64,000 nt of DNA from an uncultured Verrucomicrobiae bacterium (GTDB taxonomy: Bacteria; Verrucomicrobiota; Verrucomicrobiia; Chthoniobacterales; UBA10450), in the NCBI GenBank assembly GCA_963834385.1, contig CAWIBO010000002.1:224001-288000 (forward strand), written 5' to 3'. The notes under the pieces were generated by a model. It did not search any database and had not been told where the DNA came from. It worked only from the letters and a program-made list of their open reading frames with translations. The position numbers were made by a program, and so were the translations under genes. Of the stretch, positions 61,300 to 64,000 are shown piece after piece (the stretch's first letter is position 1; every line of letters starts with the position of its first letter).

Positions 61300-62922
61300 G
61301 TGCCGGCAACAGCAAATGTTCGCTCATGGACGCGCCGGGATTTTTTGCGCGTGGCCGCCGCGACCGGCCTGCTCTGTGCCAGCCCGCGCCTCTTCAGCGC
61401 GCGCCCGGAGGACCGGGTCACTGTTTCCATTCTGCACACGACCGATCTGCACGGGCATATTTTGCCCACGCGCGATTACCTTGGCACGGAGAACCTGGGC
61501 GGCCTGGCCCGGTGCGTGACCCAGATCCGGCGTTGGCGGAAGGAAAACCCGAACGCCGTCGTGATCGACGTGGGCGACCTTTACCAGGGAACGGAAGCGG
61601 GCTTGCGCACCAAGGGACGGATCATGACGGAGATGCTGAACCTGGCCGGGTTCGACGCCTGGGTGGTGGGGAACCATGAGTTCGACTGGGGGATCGATCC
61701 GTTCTGGAACGCGCTGGAGCATTCACGGATGCCGGTGCTGGGCGCGAACATGTCGCGCGCGGGCGAGATCGCGGGCGCGGCGCGGGATGGCCGCCATCCC
61801 TTTGCCCGGATCGCGCCGTTCCTCCTGCGCGAGTTCGAGGGGATCAAGGTGGCGATCATTGGCGTGACCACGCCCGGGATGCCTTTCTGGTTCCGGCCCG
61901 AATATTTGGGTGGCCTTTCCTTTGCCTATCCGGTGGAGCCGGTCCGGCGCGCGGTGCGCGCCGCGAGCGCGGCCGGGGCGAACGCGATCGTGCTGGCCGC
62001 GCACATGGGCCTGAAGGATCGCACGGGGGGCGATGATTTTGCCAACACGCTCATGGCTCTCACGGCGGAGTTTCCGGAGATCGCGGTGGTGATCGCCGGG
62101 CACACGCATCGTTTGGTCGAGAGCCGGCTCACCGGCACGGCGCTCCTGACTCAGGCCGATCATTTCGGGATCCATGCAGGACGGGTGGACCTCGTTTTCG
62201 ATCGCGCCTCGAAGAAACTGGTGGGCCGCAGTGCGCGCTGCGCCCTGATGGATCGCCGGATCAGGCCGGACCCGATCATCCTGGCGCGGGCGCGTCCGCA
62301 TCTGCGCGCGGCCCAACGCGTCCTGCGGCAACGGGTGGGGCGGCTGCGTGCGCCGTTGGGCCGGCGGAGCGAACCCGGTTTTCCCAGCGGCTTCGAGCTG
62401 CTGATCGCGGCGGCGGTGCGAGAGGCGCTGGCGTCGCGGGGAACACCGGTCGATGGCGTGTTGCACGGCACGTTTGGCGAAAAAACAATTGCACCCGGCC
62501 CGGTCACGGTGGCCGATATCTGGGAGATGGTCCCTTTTGAGAATCACGTGGTCACGGCAAACCTGAGCGGCCGGGAAATACGGGCGGTGCTGGACGAGGT
62601 TTTCCAGGTGCGTGAAACGCGCAACCTGATGGGCTTTGGGATGAACATCGAGGGCAGCGGTCGTGAGCGCCGGGTGCGCGCCCTGCGCAAGGCGAACGGC
62701 GAACCGGCCGGGGACGATGAACGGTTTACCATCGCCATGAACAGCTTCGATTCGCGCAGCGCGGGGCATCGCTTCATGATCCTGCGCGATCTTCTGGAAC
62801 GAAACGCGGCCCGGCCGGTCCTGCATCCGGTGCAGACGCGGGAAGCGCTGATCGCCTACTTCGAGCGGCACGAGGTGGTTGATCCCGCGCTTCTCTCCGG
62901 CGACCTGCCGGCGGCGGCGTGA
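61300..62922 (+). CDS. Tat-exported 5'-nucleotidase / metallophosphoesterase
   Basis: TRRDFL Tat motif; HTTDLHG, DVGD, GNHEFD, AHMG, GHTH; start uncertain. Confidence 0.9.
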   Translation: MPATANVRSWTRRDFLRVAAATGLLCASPRLFSARPEDRVTVSILHTTDLHGHILPTRDYLGTENLGGLARCVTQIRRWRKENPNAVVIDVGDLYQGTEAGLRTKGRIMTEMLNLAGFDAWVVGNHEFDWGIDPFWNALEHSRMPVLGANMSRAGEIAGAARDGRHPFARIAPFLLREFEGIKVAIIGVTTPGMPFWFRPEYLGGLSFAYPVEPVRRAVRAASAAGANAIVLAAHMGLKDRTGGDDFANTLMALTAEFPEIAVVIAGHTHRLVESRLTGTALLTQADHFGIHAGRVDLVFDRASKKLVGRSARCALMDRRIRPDPIILARARPHLRAAQRVLRQRVGRLRAPLGRRSEPGFPSGFELLIAAAVREALASRGTPVDGVLHGTFGEKTIAPGPVTVADIWEMVPFENHVVTANLSGREIRAVLDEVFQVRETRNLMGFGMNIEGSGRERRVRALRKANGEPAGDDERFTIAMNSFDSRSAGHRFMILRDLLERNAARPVLHPVQTREALIAYFERHEVVDPALLSGDLPAAA

Positions 62923-63521
62923 GCGAGGTCGGCGAAGGATCAGGGATGTTGCCGCGCGCTTTTTTCCAGGATGAACCTTTGCAGTGCGCCCGCCGATTGA
63001 TCGGCACCCGTCTTCTCTGGGGCCGCAGCGAGGGCATCGTCGTGGAGACCGAGGCTTACCTGACGGAGAACGACGAGGCCTGCCATACCTTTATGCGGCC
63101 CAGCACCCGGGCGTTCGTGGCGCGGAACCAGGCGGGCGCGGCTTACATTTACCTGAACTACGGCATGCATTGGATGCTGAACGTGCTGGTGAAGGATGGA
63201 CCGCGGAACGGCCTGATCCTGATCCGCGCCATCGAGCCACGGCGCGGCCTGGGCCTGATGCGGCGGCGCCGCGGGGTGGAGGAGGTGCGCCAGCTTTGTT
63301 CCGGGCCGGGGAAGCTGACGCAGGCGCTGGCCATCGACCAGCGACATCACGAGATCGATCTCTGCGCACCCGGGCGGCACGGCTTCGCCGCCGGGGATGA
63401 ACCGGTCGCCGTGGTGGCCGATCCGCGCATCGGCATTTCGCGCGCCAAGGATTTTCCATGGCGATTTACCTTGCGCGACAGTCCGTTCGTCAGTCGAAAG
63501 CCGCGCGTGGCGGCGCGGTGA
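62919..63521 (+). CDS. DNA-3-methyladenine glycosylase (MPG/AAG family)
   Basis: IVETEAY, YIYLNYGMH, LIRAIEP, GPGKL, RIGIS. Confidence 0.95.
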   Translation: MSEVGEGSGMLPRAFFQDEPLQCARRLIGTRLLWGRSEGIVVETEAYLTENDEACHTFMRPSTRAFVARNQAGAAYIYLNYGMHWMLNVLVKDGPRNGLILIRAIEPRRGLGLMRRRRGVEEVRQLCSGPGKLTQALAIDQRHHEIDLCAPGRHGFAAGDEPVAVVADPRIGISRAKDFPWRFTLRDSPFVSRKPRVAAR

Positions 63522-63572
63522 GAGAGCGGGCGCGTTGACGGGCGGCGCGGTTGCGCGGACGTTGCCGGTTCC

Positions 63573-64000
63573 ATGAAGAAAGAACGTGTTCTCCTCGGCA
63601 TGAGCGGGGGCGTCGACTCGAGCGTCGCCGGCTACCTGCTGCGCGAGCAGGGCTATGACGTGGTCGGCGTGACCATGAAAGTCTGGCCGCAGGATTGCGT
63701 CTCGCGGGCGGAGGACAAATGCTGCGGACCGCAGGCGGTGGCGGACGCGCGGGCGGTCGCGCACGCGCTCGGCCTGCCGCATTACGTGGTGGACGAGGCG
63801 GACCAGTTCGAAAAGCTCGTGATTGATTATTTTTCGAGCGAATACCAGGCCGGCCGGACGCCGAACCCGTGCGTGATGTGCAACGAGAAACTGAAGTTTG
63901 GCAATCTTTGGGAAAAGGCGGCGGCGCTGGGCTGCGCCTACATTGCCACGGGTCATTACGCCATTATCGAGCACCGGGGGGACCGGGCCGTCCTGCGCAA
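63573..64000 (+). CDS. mnmA: tRNA 2-thiouridine synthase MnmA (partial, runs off the window)
   Basis: Read directly from the sequence: MKKERVLLGMSGGVDSSVA...GRTPNPCVMCN..LKFG...IATGHYA. Confidence 0.95.
   Translation, partial: MKKERVLLGMSGGVDSSVAGYLLREQGYDVVGVTMKVWPQDCVSRAEDKCCGPQAVADARAVAHALGLPHYVVDEADQFEKLVIDYFSSEYQAGRTPNPCVMCNEKLKFGNLWEKAAALGCAYIATGHYAIIEHRGDRAVLR

Overview
High-GC, gene-dense bacterial chromosome segment. PEP-CTERM proteins, a three-gene minor-pilin cassette, a dprA-topB pair and the gene order suggest Verrucomicrobiota, possibly Chthoniobacterales-like (inference only). Housekeeping genes: rlmN, nrdR, topB, dprA, ssb, rpsF, pth, rplY, prs, crcB, tRNA-Ser(GCT), lpxA, radC, pyrF, ispE, sdhCAB, pyrE, secA and partial mnmA. 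Three accessory blocks stand out. (1) 9.1-15.8 kb: a Dlt-like operon (divergent MBOAT, adenylation enzyme, carrier protein, ICL-superfamily lyase) set head-to-head with a homologue-like protein of eukaryotic GPI ethanolamine-phosphate transferases. (2) 24.4-33.4 kb: a surface-protein island with two PEP-CTERM proteins, a pilin cassette, a TPR protein, a response regulator and an orphan gene. Five genes here each carry a sigma54 -24/-12 motif, and a ~0.9 kb non-coding composite tandem-repeat array sits between two convergent beta-solenoid-like genes. (3) 45.7-56.5 kb: a glycan synthesis and decoration cluster (three GT4s, two methyltransferases, a sulfotransferase, an AlgI/AlgJ-like pair). Also seen: a degenerate ATP-cone-like protein coupled to nrdR, and many apparently leaderless genes. 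At least eight genes carry frameshifts, most likely indel errors of the assembly. No CRISPR array, rRNA, transposase or integrase was seen.
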